Source: an uncultured Pseudomonadales bacterium
Lineage (GTDB): Bacteria; Patescibacteriota; Microgenomatia; UBA1400; RBG-16-45-19
Assembly: GCA_964441155.1 (NCBI GenBank)
Contig: CAYYKL010000001.1
Coordinates: forward strand, 88,393-152,392
Length of the DNA: 64,000 nt
Reading direction: 5' to 3'
Shown here piece by piece: positions 39,253 through 47,890 of the stretch; within the stretch, counting starts at the first letter, position 1, and the number at the start of each line of letters is the position of its first letter. The notes under the pieces were generated by a model. That model ran no database searches, was not told the DNA's origin, and worked only from the letters and a program-made list of their open reading frames with translations. The position numbers were made by a program, and so were the translations under genes.

Positions 39253-40334
39253 TGCAATTCTTTCAGCACTGATTCAAGTTTCTGAATATGATTGTGCCAG
39301 CTGAATTGCAAGGGGTCTACAAGGACGTGAGCGTTCTTTATCTCACTATTAATAGCATGAGCTAAAGCTTTGGGATTATTTGGTTGAACTAAGTCTTTAT
39401 TGCCCAATAATTCCGTGTGCGGTGGAATACTGCTGGCAATTATTGGGGTATTAAGCAGCATTGCTTCAATGAGTGTATGTGGCTGTCCTTCGTAGGATGA
39501 GTAGAGCACTAGTTGTGCAGAAGTGATCATTTCAGAAAGCGATTCTGTTTTCGAAAGCTTTCCTTTAAACTTTACCCAAGATTCCGCTTTCAATTGCTTA
39601 GCCTGTGTCTCGAGATTTGAGCGCTCAACTCCATTACCGATTATAGTTAATGTCCAGGGCTTAAAAGAGCGAGCTAACGACACTGCTTCGATTATTTGAT
39701 CGACGTGTTTCCAAGGAACCAAACGCCCAACAAAAACAATTTTATTTGCATCACGCACTGATGAAATTTTAATTTTGGCAGGAATTTCAACTGCATTCGC
39801 AACGATGGCTATTTTTTTTGAGCTAAGGCCATGAACTGAAACAAGAAAATCTCTGAGGTATTTTGAGGGAACAATAATCTTGTTTGCGCATTTTAAAACT
39901 AATCGATGCAAATACAGCTTAAGGTTTAAAATATGATTGTGTGCATAAAAAGCTTCTAGTGTTTCTTCGGTCCTTCCCGCTTCAACCAATGCCTCCCATA
40001 CTTCATCTCCCACAAATTTCACCACTAAGGGAATTTTTCTTATTTTTGAAACAATAAGGCTGGCAACTCCCACTACTACTGTCCCTTGCGCATACATGAT
40101 CTGATTTTTTTGTGTCAATTTAAATAGTTGAAGAAGTAATCGAGCTTGACGAGAGAGCATATTTCCACTTGTGGACACTCCATGTATTATTTTTTGATTG
40201 GAGATTTTCGATTCAGCAAATGTCACGACGTTGACTTCATCTTGTCGTTGCAAACGCTCAAGCAATCCGCTCACATAACTCGCTGGACCTCCAATTTGAG
40301 GTGGGAAAATTGGCGTAACGATGAGTAAGTGCAT
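39249..40334 (-). CDS. Glycosyltransferase family 4
   Basis: QLVLYSSYEGQPHTLIEAMLLNTPIIAS. Confidence 0.75.
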   Translation of the reverse strand: MHLLIVTPIFPPQIGGPASYVSGLLERLQRQDEVNVVTFAESKISNQKIIHGVSTSGNMLSRQARLLLQLFKLTQKNQIMYAQGTVVVGVASLIVSKIRKIPLVVKFVGDEVWEALVEAGRTEETLEAFYAHNHILNLKLYLHRLVLKCANKIIVPSKYLRDFLVSVHGLSSKKIAIVANAVEIPAKIKISSVRDANKIVFVGRLVPWKHVDQIIEAVSLARSFKPWTLTIIGNGVERSNLETQAKQLKAESWVKFKGKLSKTESLSEMITSAQLVLYSSYEGQPHTLIEAMLLNTPIIASSIPPHTELLGNKDLVQPNNPKALAHAINSEIKNAHVLVDPLQFSWHNHIQKLESVLKELQ

Positions 40335-40339
40335 AGTTT

Positions 40340-41512
40340 TTAGTGGTTAGTGGCTAGAGAGCACATTTCACTTTCTACTTTGTTGGCTATGGAATCCCAA
40401 GAGTATTGATCTTTTACGAGTTTTTGGGCTTTTTTGATCAGAGATTGCTTCAACTCTGTCTCATTAAACAGTTTTTCAATTGCCAAAGCTAATTGCTTCG
40501 GATCATTTGGTTCCACCAATAACCCAGTTTCTCGGTGGGTTATAAAGTCTGGAATCCCGCCAACTGGCGTAGCTATTACAGGGACCCCCGCTGCCATTGC
40601 CTCAATGAAAGCAACACCAAATCCTTCAAATCTTGACGGACGGACAAACAAATGTGCTTGCGCAAGCAATTCGGGAATCTGTTTATTTTCAACTCGCCCA
40701 AGTAAGGAAATTTGTTTGTCTAATTTGAGATTTGAAATTTGTCGTTTGAGATTTTTCCTCTCCTGTCCTTCTCCCGCAATTATGAGTCGCCACTTCAATT
40801 CTTCGGGCAACAAAGCCACTGCTTCAATAAGCGTATCCATTCCATTTCGAGGAATCAGTGATGAGGTGGACACTATAGTAAATATACTGTTTCCAATTTT
40901 ATTCTTTTTCATGTCACTCCGAATCTCAAACTCTTTTACATTGACTCCATTCGGAATAACCACCACGCGCTTGCCGCCCGTTTTTTTTGTTTCTGTGGCG
41001 GAGTATGCACTCACCGCTGCCAAAACATCAGCTTGAGCATACGACCAGGACAACAAAGGGGTGAGTAATTTTGGCATGAGTTTTTTGAAAAAGCTTCCCC
41101 CTCTCGTTAGCACTAATTCCTCTTCGTGCATTCTTGGGTTTTGAATGGTCACGTAGAGTGGTTTCTTGACCAATTTTTTGATAATCACACCCACAATTGC
41201 CTGAGGAAATTCTTGCTTGGCCCATAGCAAATCAAGTCGCCTTCGACTTAGATTCCAGGCGATTTGCGGTGTGCCAATAAGCACGTACGATAGACCCATC
41301 AAATTTGGAATACGCGGATAATACACAGGAATCACCGTGACACTTTTGGGCAGCAAAGATCGAATACTTGTGTCATTGCCCGTGAAAACCACCAGTTGAT
41401 GCTTCTTGCTCAATCGTTTGATAGTTTCAACCGCAGCCACTTCAGCACCTCCCAAAGCTCCCGGTTTTAAATCAGCGGCTATGCAAACAATGGAGAGACT
41501 TTGAGAAATCAT
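40340..41512 (-). CDS. Glycosyltransferase family 4
   Basis: AHLFVRPSRFEGFGVAFIEAMAAGVPVIAT. Confidence 0.75.
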   Translation of the reverse strand: MISQSLSIVCIAADLKPGALGGAEVAAVETIKRLSKKHQLVVFTGNDTSIRSLLPKSVTVIPVYYPRIPNLMGLSYVLIGTPQIAWNLSRRRLDLLWAKQEFPQAIVGVIIKKLVKKPLYVTIQNPRMHEEELVLTRGGSFFKKLMPKLLTPLLSWSYAQADVLAAVSAYSATETKKTGGKRVVVIPNGVNVKEFEIRSDMKKNKIGNSIFTIVSTSSLIPRNGMDTLIEAVALLPEELKWRLIIAGEGQERKNLKRQISNLKLDKQISLLGRVENKQIPELLAQAHLFVRPSRFEGFGVAFIEAMAAGVPVIATPVGGIPDFITHRETGLLVEPNDPKQLALAIEKLFNETELKQSLIKKAQKLVKDQYSWDSIANKVESEMCSLATNH

Positions 41513-41525
41513 GAGATAGTGGCTC

Positions 41526-41690
41526 TCAGGACTCTTGTGGCATCATATTAGGAATTCCGTTTTTGATTGGATATATGCGTTTGCATTTTTTGCACACAAG
41601 CTGTTCCCCCTTGCTTAACTTTTTCAACACTACGTCTGCTAGATCGTGTGGACAAGCTAGAATTTTTAGTAACTGCGGATCAAGTGGCAT
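41526..41690 (-). CDS. Trm112/UPF0434 (YcaR)-like small zinc-ribbon protein
   Basis: Not in the ORF track (54 aa). A codon-by-codon minus-strand translation gives MPLDPQLLKILACPHDLADVVLKKLSKGEQLVCKKCKRIYPIKNGIPNMMPQES. Compare E. coli YcaR ...LLEIIACPVC...LICK...AFPLRDGIPVLL. It sits 13 nt from each flanking GT4 gene on the same strand. Confidence 0.6.
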   Translation of the reverse strand: MPLDPQLLKILACPHDLADVVLKKLSKGEQLVCKKCKRIYPIKNGIPNMMPQES

Positions 41691-41709
41691 AAGCATTCCT
41701 TCTTTCTAA

Positions 41710-42726
41710 TTAGTGTAACAAAGACTCATAAACATTGTGCGTCTGGTTGACTACCTTATCCCACGAATAGTTGCGCTTGACCGTGGCATACCCATTGATT
41801 CCAAGTCTTTTTGCTTTAAGTGGAGATTGGAGCAGCTTGAGTAGTTCTTGTGCTAAAGATTGAGGATTACCAGGCTCAACAAGGTAGCCATTAACACCGT
41901 GCTTCACCATCTGCGGGTTATCTCCAACGCGAGTTACTACAACCGGCAGCTTGGCTGCCCAAGCCTCAAGCAAGGTTATTGGCTGTCCTTCGGCATATGA
42001 GGGCAAACAAAAAACCCAAGCTTGCTTGTATGCTTTAACCAGCGACTTTCCCGACAACCTGCCTCCAGTCACCAGGTTTAGTTTGGTGTTCGGCAATTGA
42101 ACTTTAATGATCTCAAAGGCCTGCTGCAAAACATCTAATGCTTTAAACTTGTCTCGTCGCCCTACCCAAATAATGGTGGGTTCACTAGCTTTTCGAGCAA
42201 CTACCTTGTCGTAGTCTCCCACATCTACACCATTGCGAATCACCGTAATATCATTAGTTGCCCGTTTATAGGCAAGAAACGTGGAGCTGACGGTTATCTG
42301 AGCTGAATACGCAATTCCCGTCAATAACCACCGCTCAAGTTTTCCTTTGAATGAGGAATCATTTTGGTCCATGAGATGGCTTCCATGAACTGTATGAACG
42401 ACTGGAATTTTCAACAGCACACTGGCTAATTTAGCCACAAATCCCGCATTAAATCCATGTGAATGAATAATGTCGAACGGGTTTTTGCGGTGCTTTTGGA
42501 GGATTGTTATCGGAGAAACGCACGACCACATCATTCGAGAAATAATGTTTGCGTGAGAATCATACACAATGTCTATGTCGCAACCATAATCGTTTCGCAG
42601 TCGTTTGGATATTTCACTAATATGCACTTGTCCACCACCATACACACCCTTTTTTCCTGACTTTTTATCAGGAAACCAAGCGTCAACTATCATAACAATA
42701 TGCAGCTTTTTTTGATTAAATTTCAT
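41710..42726 (-). CDS. Glycosyltransferase family 4
   Basis: AWVFCLPSYAEGQPITLLEAWAAKLPVVVT. Confidence 0.75.
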   Translation of the reverse strand: MKFNQKKLHIVMIVDAWFPDKKSGKKGVYGGGQVHISEISKRLRNDYGCDIDIVYDSHANIISRMMWSCVSPITILQKHRKNPFDIIHSHGFNAGFVAKLASVLLKIPVVHTVHGSHLMDQNDSSFKGKLERWLLTGIAYSAQITVSSTFLAYKRATNDITVIRNGVDVGDYDKVVARKASEPTIIWVGRRDKFKALDVLQQAFEIIKVQLPNTKLNLVTGGRLSGKSLVKAYKQAWVFCLPSYAEGQPITLLEAWAAKLPVVVTRVGDNPQMVKHGVNGYLVEPGNPQSLAQELLKLLQSPLKAKRLGINGYATVKRNYSWDKVVNQTHNVYESLLH

Positions 42727-42777
42727 ACGTTAACATTTTATGCATTCTGTTGTATCGTTACTGGTAGATTGTAAACT

Positions 42778-43080
42778 ATGCCAACTCCCTTGTACCGCAC
42801 CATTTTACGCCAACTCATGCAAGAACATGATGCTGAGTTTAGCGCATTTGCTAAAGCACATGATGCCTATCAAAAACAGGGCGCCAAGCATCAGGCCAAA
42901 TTTAATGAAATTGGCTCTCCTGTGGTGGAATTTTTGCGAGAAGGTGAGCGGCGCTTGTGTGGTAAAACAGAACGGGGAACATACTCGGCTTATTCTTCAA
43001 CCTTGGCAGAAAAATATTGGAAAGAAGTTAAAGCCTTTTTCCCACTCATTGACTTCGTTGGAGCAAAAATTTCTTCATAA
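42778..43080 (+). CDS. Hypothetical small protein
   Basis: 100-aa ORF with a balanced, helical-looking composition (MPTPLYRTILRQLMQEHDAEFSAFAKAHDAYQKQG...). I prefer it to the overlapping 152-aa ORF in another frame, which has an odd composition. No family recognised. Confidence 0.3.
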   Translation: MPTPLYRTILRQLMQEHDAEFSAFAKAHDAYQKQGAKHQAKFNEIGSPVVEFLREGERRLCGKTERGTYSAYSSTLAEKYWKEVKAFFPLIDFVGAKISS

Positions 43081-44278
43081 TTTTCACCAACTTTTCTTTG
43101 CTAGTCACGCTTATTCGAATAAGTCGTTGCATATTAGTCATGCCAGTCCGCTTTGCTTTTTGCATGCACCAAGCCCATATCGCAACACTGACAATTGACA
43201 AACTGTTACCCAACATTCTTGGGACAGTTAGTTGAGTCATCTGACTCGTAACCAAATGCGTACCCGCTTCTAATTGATAGGCAACCAGGCCTGCATTATC
43301 CTCAGGATTTTCTAGAGTTACCGACAGGTCATTTGCTTTGACTCTCCAACCAGGAAAATACATAGTTTTTTGAATCAGTAGCGATTTTTCTGGAACAATT
43401 GCGGTAAAGGTGTTTTCCGACCAATGCTTGGGTTTATGAACTATTTTTACTGCGGCGTTTGGGCTAATTATTGTTCGATTTGGATAGTCATCAAATATAT
43501 CGCTGGCTTTTTTTTGATCAAACGTTGTTGCAATAAAGTTGCCCGAATGTTCATCTTTGATCAAAGCAGTCTGTTCAGTATAGTGGGGCAATACAAACCA
43601 CGCCGTGTTGGCACTAGCCCAAAACAAACACAAGATAAAAGGTTTTTTTAGTGATGTTTTTGCGACCGCCAGAACTCCTAACCCAAGCCCTGCGCAAAGC
43701 GCCAGCATAGCGCTTGATGCAAGTAATCCAAAGGACAACACAAGCACCAAGACCAACCCTTCTTTTGAGAGTGCTCGTGACCACCATTTAATGTTAAGTG
43801 AGTTAATTTTGACAAATCTTGAGGTTGCCCACACAAGCCAAGGCAAAGTCATCAAAGTTATAGGCAAATCACTTCCTACGAGATCAAGCGTAGCCACGAT
43901 AAGTAAAGTCGCGGTAGCGCTTGAAAACGTTAATAGCCGAGTTTTCTGAATTCTATCAATTTGATGCAATCCCCACAGAAAAAGGGCAATAATTATCAGG
44001 AGATTTGCACTTCGTGCTTGCATACCAGGTAAATCGAGTAAACCAGCGGGGATGCCGAGCCAAATCTTTACAGGATGGAGAAAGGTGAAGCGGGCATCGC
44101 CAAAGCCATTGTTTGCAAAGGTATCAAATCGGGGCGGCATGTGACCGGCAATCAGCGCTGTCAAATATTGAGTACTCTCGCTCGAATCTTTAGTGACTGT
44201 GAGGGGCTTGCTGCGTGCTTGGCTCCAAAGCATTGTCACGCTTGCCACTATTCCAACAATAACAATTATTTTCCTCAT
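43046..44278 (-). CDS. Membrane protein with YfhO/PTPS-related-like C-terminal YFPGW domain (short paralog)
   Basis: 410 aa. MPPRFDTFANNGFGDARFTF parallels the FP.RW..GFANYG.P motif of the larger paralogs. The C-terminus YFPGWRVKANDLSVTLEN...GLVAYQLEAGTHLV is shared with 44386, 51547, 55628 and 57344. Confidence 0.4.
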   Translation of the reverse strand: MRKIIVIVGIVASVTMLWSQARSKPLTVTKDSSESTQYLTALIAGHMPPRFDTFANNGFGDARFTFLHPVKIWLGIPAGLLDLPGMQARSANLLIIIALFLWGLHQIDRIQKTRLLTFSSATATLLIVATLDLVGSDLPITLMTLPWLVWATSRFVKINSLNIKWWSRALSKEGLVLVLVLSFGLLASSAMLALCAGLGLGVLAVAKTSLKKPFILCLFWASANTAWFVLPHYTEQTALIKDEHSGNFIATTFDQKKASDIFDDYPNRTIISPNAAVKIVHKPKHWSENTFTAIVPEKSLLIQKTMYFPGWRVKANDLSVTLENPEDNAGLVAYQLEAGTHLVTSQMTQLTVPRMLGNSLSIVSVAIWAWCMQKAKRTGMTNMQRLIRISVTSKEKLVKIMKKFLLQRSQ

Positions 44279-44385
44279 TGTCTTTATTGTAGACCTATTC
44301 GTTGATGTTCGAGAAAAGTGAAAGCTTTTTCAGGCAGCATGACAACGACAACAATGCGTCGTTTGCGCACTTAAGAATTGCCAAT

Positions 44386-46125
44386 CTAGTTTAATATTAA
44401 ATTTTTGCGAGTCTTACCCATTTGAAAGCTTATAAAAATTAAGATCGATAAAACACTAATCAAACTAATTAAAGATGTTATTTCTGCAATTTTTTGAACA
44501 TCCGTTTTCTCCAGATCTAAAACTAGTGAATGCTGTCCAGGTGGCAAATAAACAGAAAGTAGTCCGTTATCGCCCGCAAATGATTCAATTTCTTTTCCAT
44601 CTTTATAAACTTTCCACATAGGAAAGTAGAATACTTCCAGTTGCGTTAATCCAGCAATCTCGTTTGATATTTGATGCACTTTTTTTCCTGGCCTCAAACT
44701 CTGCTGCGGAAAAATACCCTCTGCTTGACGTGCTCTAATTTCCGTCGAAGGATTTTTGGGCAGCTTGCGCACGGCAATTGGCAAGGATTCAAGTGATATT
44801 TCAGTAGAGCCATAATAATCGGTATTCGTTAAAATTGTTTGATCATCATAAAACTTGACTTCCATAGGTCTGAGATAATTTCGACTTGCAAACGCAAAGC
44901 TAATCAGAAGCATTATGACTACTAAGTTTCTTGAAATTTTGGTTGCAAATTGACTAACTAGCCAAGCTGTCAGCCAAGACAAACTAACTGCAGGCAACAA
45001 TAACCATCTCCAGGGATACTGAGTCTTGCTTAGCAAAGGCATGTGATTCCATAAAAGCATTGACCAATCCAAACTCATTGTCATTCCAAAAACTGTTATC
45101 CCAAGCATGGTAAGTGCAAGCCAAAAGAGTTTCTTCTTTTTCCAATTTAGCCCGATAACAGCAAGTGCGACAAACAACACCAACCAGTGTGCCAATCCCA
45201 TTTGAAAAGACATACCATCGCTCGTTCCAGCACTTGAGTAACCATACCCCCAAGGCGAATAGAGCAATTGTCTCAAGGTCACAAAATGATCCGTGGCCTG
45301 AACAGTCGGCTGATGACCCATGCGCACAAAAGCCGATTCAGTCACGACAGGCACCCAATAAAAGGCAGATAAAAGCAGCGCAAGCACACACGAGACAAGC
45401 ATCATCTGTGCTGCCTTCATCCGTTGACTGCTCGCTGCTTTTAGCACATAGAGTCCGTAAACAACCAATAATGGAAGCGCAATAAATGCAGACAATATAT
45501 GGGAAAGCAATAAGCCACTCAAACTTAGTGCGATGCAAAGAATACCCAATAAATTTCGTTGAGTAGAAATTCCAATTTTTATGCTCAACAAAGCCAAAGG
45601 CAAGAATAAAAACGCCATGATTGTTCCCAATTGTCCCGACACATACAGGCTAAGCAAATGATATGGAACGAGTAGATAGGCAATTGCACCCACAAAGGAT
45701 GGTTTCCTGTCAAAATATCTACGCAACCAAAAATACATAGCTATGATGGAAAGCGTCGTTGAAGTAATAATCGTAAGATTCAAACTAGTAGTGAGATCCC
45801 ATCCTGAAAATACGAAAATACTCGCAAAATAGTAAGGCAGTGGATAGGTGTAGTTAAAAACAGGATAGCCAAATCCATTCATCATATCCTGAGCTAATCG
45901 AACTGGAAATTGGCCGTGAGCCAGTTCACGAGTTAGATGAGAAAGCCTTATGAGATGATGTTGCCCATCATGGGTTTGGAATAGTCCTGGACCAAAAAAA
46001 TACTTAAGCACCACCAATGAAATCAATACAAGCATAACCACTGGAGCCACAGTCAGCACCCTAGAAAAAACAATTGAATTTCTTCTTCTGGCGCCGCTGA
46101 GTCTAGTTTTTTGTAGCATATGCAT
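44386..46125 (-). CDS. YfhO/PTPS-related-like GT-C membrane glycosyltransferase
   Basis: 579 aa. N-terminus QTHDGQHHLIRLSHLTRELAHGQFPVRLAQDMMNGFGYPVFNYTYPLPYY, about 12 TM helices, and C-terminus FYFPMWKVYKDGKEI...LPPGQHSLVLD. Confidence 0.45.
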   Translation of the reverse strand: MHMLQKTRLSGARRRNSIVFSRVLTVAPVVMLVLISLVVLKYFFGPGLFQTHDGQHHLIRLSHLTRELAHGQFPVRLAQDMMNGFGYPVFNYTYPLPYYFASIFVFSGWDLTTSLNLTIITSTTLSIIAMYFWLRRYFDRKPSFVGAIAYLLVPYHLLSLYVSGQLGTIMAFLFLPLALLSIKIGISTQRNLLGILCIALSLSGLLLSHILSAFIALPLLVVYGLYVLKAASSQRMKAAQMMLVSCVLALLLSAFYWVPVVTESAFVRMGHQPTVQATDHFVTLRQLLYSPWGYGYSSAGTSDGMSFQMGLAHWLVLFVALAVIGLNWKKKKLFWLALTMLGITVFGMTMSLDWSMLLWNHMPLLSKTQYPWRWLLLPAVSLSWLTAWLVSQFATKISRNLVVIMLLISFAFASRNYLRPMEVKFYDDQTILTNTDYYGSTEISLESLPIAVRKLPKNPSTEIRARQAEGIFPQQSLRPGKKVHQISNEIAGLTQLEVFYFPMWKVYKDGKEIESFAGDNGLLSVYLPPGQHSLVLDLEKTDVQKIAEITSLISLISVLSILIFISFQMGKTRKNLILN

Positions 46126-46128
46126 GAC

Positions 46129-47745
46129 CTAATTTTTGGGAGTTTGAGCAACAACAAACACTGGCTGACCATTGGGTAAGTCGACAGTTTCGACAACCAT
46201 AGAATCATCTGGATTAATTTCTTCTGGCGTAGCAATGTAAAGGGTATTAGCGGTACTTTCTGGCCAATTTATTTTACGTAATTCGTAATTCGCCAAAGCC
46301 CCAAATAAAAATTCTTGGGGAGTGATTCTTCGATACAGCAATGTATAAATATACGGCTGCCCATAAGCGTCAGTTATGACAACTTTATTGACGTGTCTGC
46401 CTCTGGTTTTTGCAATGGCAATAGCTTCTTTATAGCCGTATTGATGATCAAGAGCAGAACTAAGTGCATATGAATAATAATAGGCATGGATATAAGAAAC
46501 GAACTCAGCAAAAAGCACAAAAACTAGTAAGCTATGAAAAATTAATTTTGTGTTTACCTCTATTCTCGCTATTTTTGATTCTATAAATGCCCAACCGATT
46601 GCGCTAATAATCATAATCGCCGGCAACGCCAACAAACTTCTTAATGAATGAGGAACTACGTCTCCTAGAACTGCTGGAATAATTCCAATCACCACCCAGC
46701 CAATAAGAAATATTGAATAGTTTTTTCGAATTCTTTTTAATAAAAACCCCAAACCAATTAGGAAGAGTGAAAATTGAAGTTTGTAAAGCACTCCATGGCC
46801 AGATACCGAATGACGAACACTAGCAGCATCAGCTCCGCTAATCCAAAAGTTTGGCGAAAGTTGACTATAAGTATTTTGCGCCACTAACTGGAGCACTTTG
46901 GAAGGCATTTCCAAATTTCCGGATTCGTCATAAATAACCAGGCTTTCTGCCCTAGTGCCTCCTTCTCCCCAAATCAAATCTTGAGCAAGAGGCAAGCTCA
47001 AGATGATACCCAAAAGCATTGCGGGTAACCACCATTTCCATCGCCCCAGTCTTTCTCGGAAGTAAATCAATATGAATGCTGCGGTGAAAATTGGAACGAA
47101 GATTTTGGTACTGTGATACGCGTACATGCTTGCAATTAAACTAATGGCACCAAGACTATAATAGTGTGGCTTGTTAAATGCTTTTAGCAAAGCCCATACC
47201 CCAATAAGCAACAGTGTGAGAGCAATGTTGGCTTCGTATCCAGCTCTGGAGAAATGAATGTGCCATGGTGAAATTGTCGTAAAAATACTCGCTATGAGCG
47301 CGATTTTTGTTGCAGAAACAGCGGGCACGAGCATTAGTTTTTTCAAGAGCAGCTGGGATATTTTGTAAACCAAAATAACGGCAACTATTCCAGCAATTGC
47401 AGAATATACACGAATTAAATTCTCATGTAATCCAAATAGTTTAAACGGCACACTTAGAGCGTAAATAAGCAGCGGGGCTTTATAATCACCAAATGATTTA
47501 AATGAAACGGGCATGAAGTTGGCGTACTCATCACGATGCCAAGTAGCAATTCCCCAGGCGTTATAGGTAATTGCAGCTTCATCCCATGTATATCCTATGG
47601 GAACCTGGCCAAGCTTATACAGCCTTAAAAAAGCAGCAACTATCACAACAAATACAATTAAAATTGATGGAAAGCAGTTTCTCACAACATTGTTTATGTT
47701 TACCAATTTGCGAGAGTTGGGCACTATTTTTGTAGACACTGTCAA
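46129..47745 (-). CDS. ArnT/PMT_2-like GT-C membrane glycosyltransferase
   Basis: 538 aa. The first loop LGQVPIGYTWDEAAITYNAWGIATWHRDEYANFMPVSFKSFGDYKAPL carries a DE motif. The start is TTG at 47745 or GTG at 47739. Confidence 0.5.
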   Translation of the reverse strand: MTVSTKIVPNSRKLVNINNVVRNCFPSILIVFVVIVAAFLRLYKLGQVPIGYTWDEAAITYNAWGIATWHRDEYANFMPVSFKSFGDYKAPLLIYALSVPFKLFGLHENLIRVYSAIAGIVAVILVYKISQLLLKKLMLVPAVSATKIALIASIFTTISPWHIHFSRAGYEANIALTLLLIGVWALLKAFNKPHYYSLGAISLIASMYAYHSTKIFVPIFTAAFILIYFRERLGRWKWWLPAMLLGIILSLPLAQDLIWGEGGTRAESLVIYDESGNLEMPSKVLQLVAQNTYSQLSPNFWISGADAASVRHSVSGHGVLYKLQFSLFLIGLGFLLKRIRKNYSIFLIGWVVIGIIPAVLGDVVPHSLRSLLALPAIMIISAIGWAFIESKIARIEVNTKLIFHSLLVFVLFAEFVSYIHAYYYSYALSSALDHQYGYKEAIAIAKTRGRHVNKVVITDAYGQPYIYTLLYRRITPQEFLFGALANYELRKINWPESTANTLYIATPEEINPDDSMVVETVDLPNGQPVFVVAQTPKN

Positions 47746-47890
47746 TTGTTCTTATCCATAAGCACTAGTATTCTACGATTATAGCTGGAAAATTTGAGAA
47801 TTTCTTTAAATGCCTTAATAAGGCACTATCACATGATTGCCAAAGTACAAGGCATATAACTTTTAAAAAGGTATCACGCTATTTAGTCGC
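47746..47890. promoter_or_regulatory. Divergent AT-rich intergenic region between two GT-C genes; probable bidirectional promoter
   Basis: At 145 bp this is the largest non-coding gap in the window. It is AT-rich and flanked by divergently oriented starts at 47745 (-) and 47891 (+). No specific -35/-10 could be assigned with confidence. Confidence 0.3.

Noticed and set aside
40434-41036. 200-aa plus-strand ORF antisense to the GT4 gene 40340..41512
   Set aside because: It has low-complexity, Ser/Thr/Pro-rich antisense composition with no motifs, and it is fully contained in a well-supported GT4 gene.
41526-41690. Apparent +1 frameshift in the Trm112-like ORF at a T4/A4 run
   Set aside because: On my first pass I mis-indexed the sequence lines and thought the C-terminal YPIKNGIP motif was out of frame. 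A codon-by-codon recount shows an intact 165-nt ORF, so there is no pseudogene.
42740-43198. 152-aa ORF overlapping the 100-aa ORF 42778..43080
   Set aside because: Its composition is unlike the neighbouring proteins (Cys/His/Leu-rich, no charged-helix pattern). The alternative-frame 100-aa ORF looks more protein-like. Neither has homolog support, so only the 100-aa ORF is listed, at low confidence.
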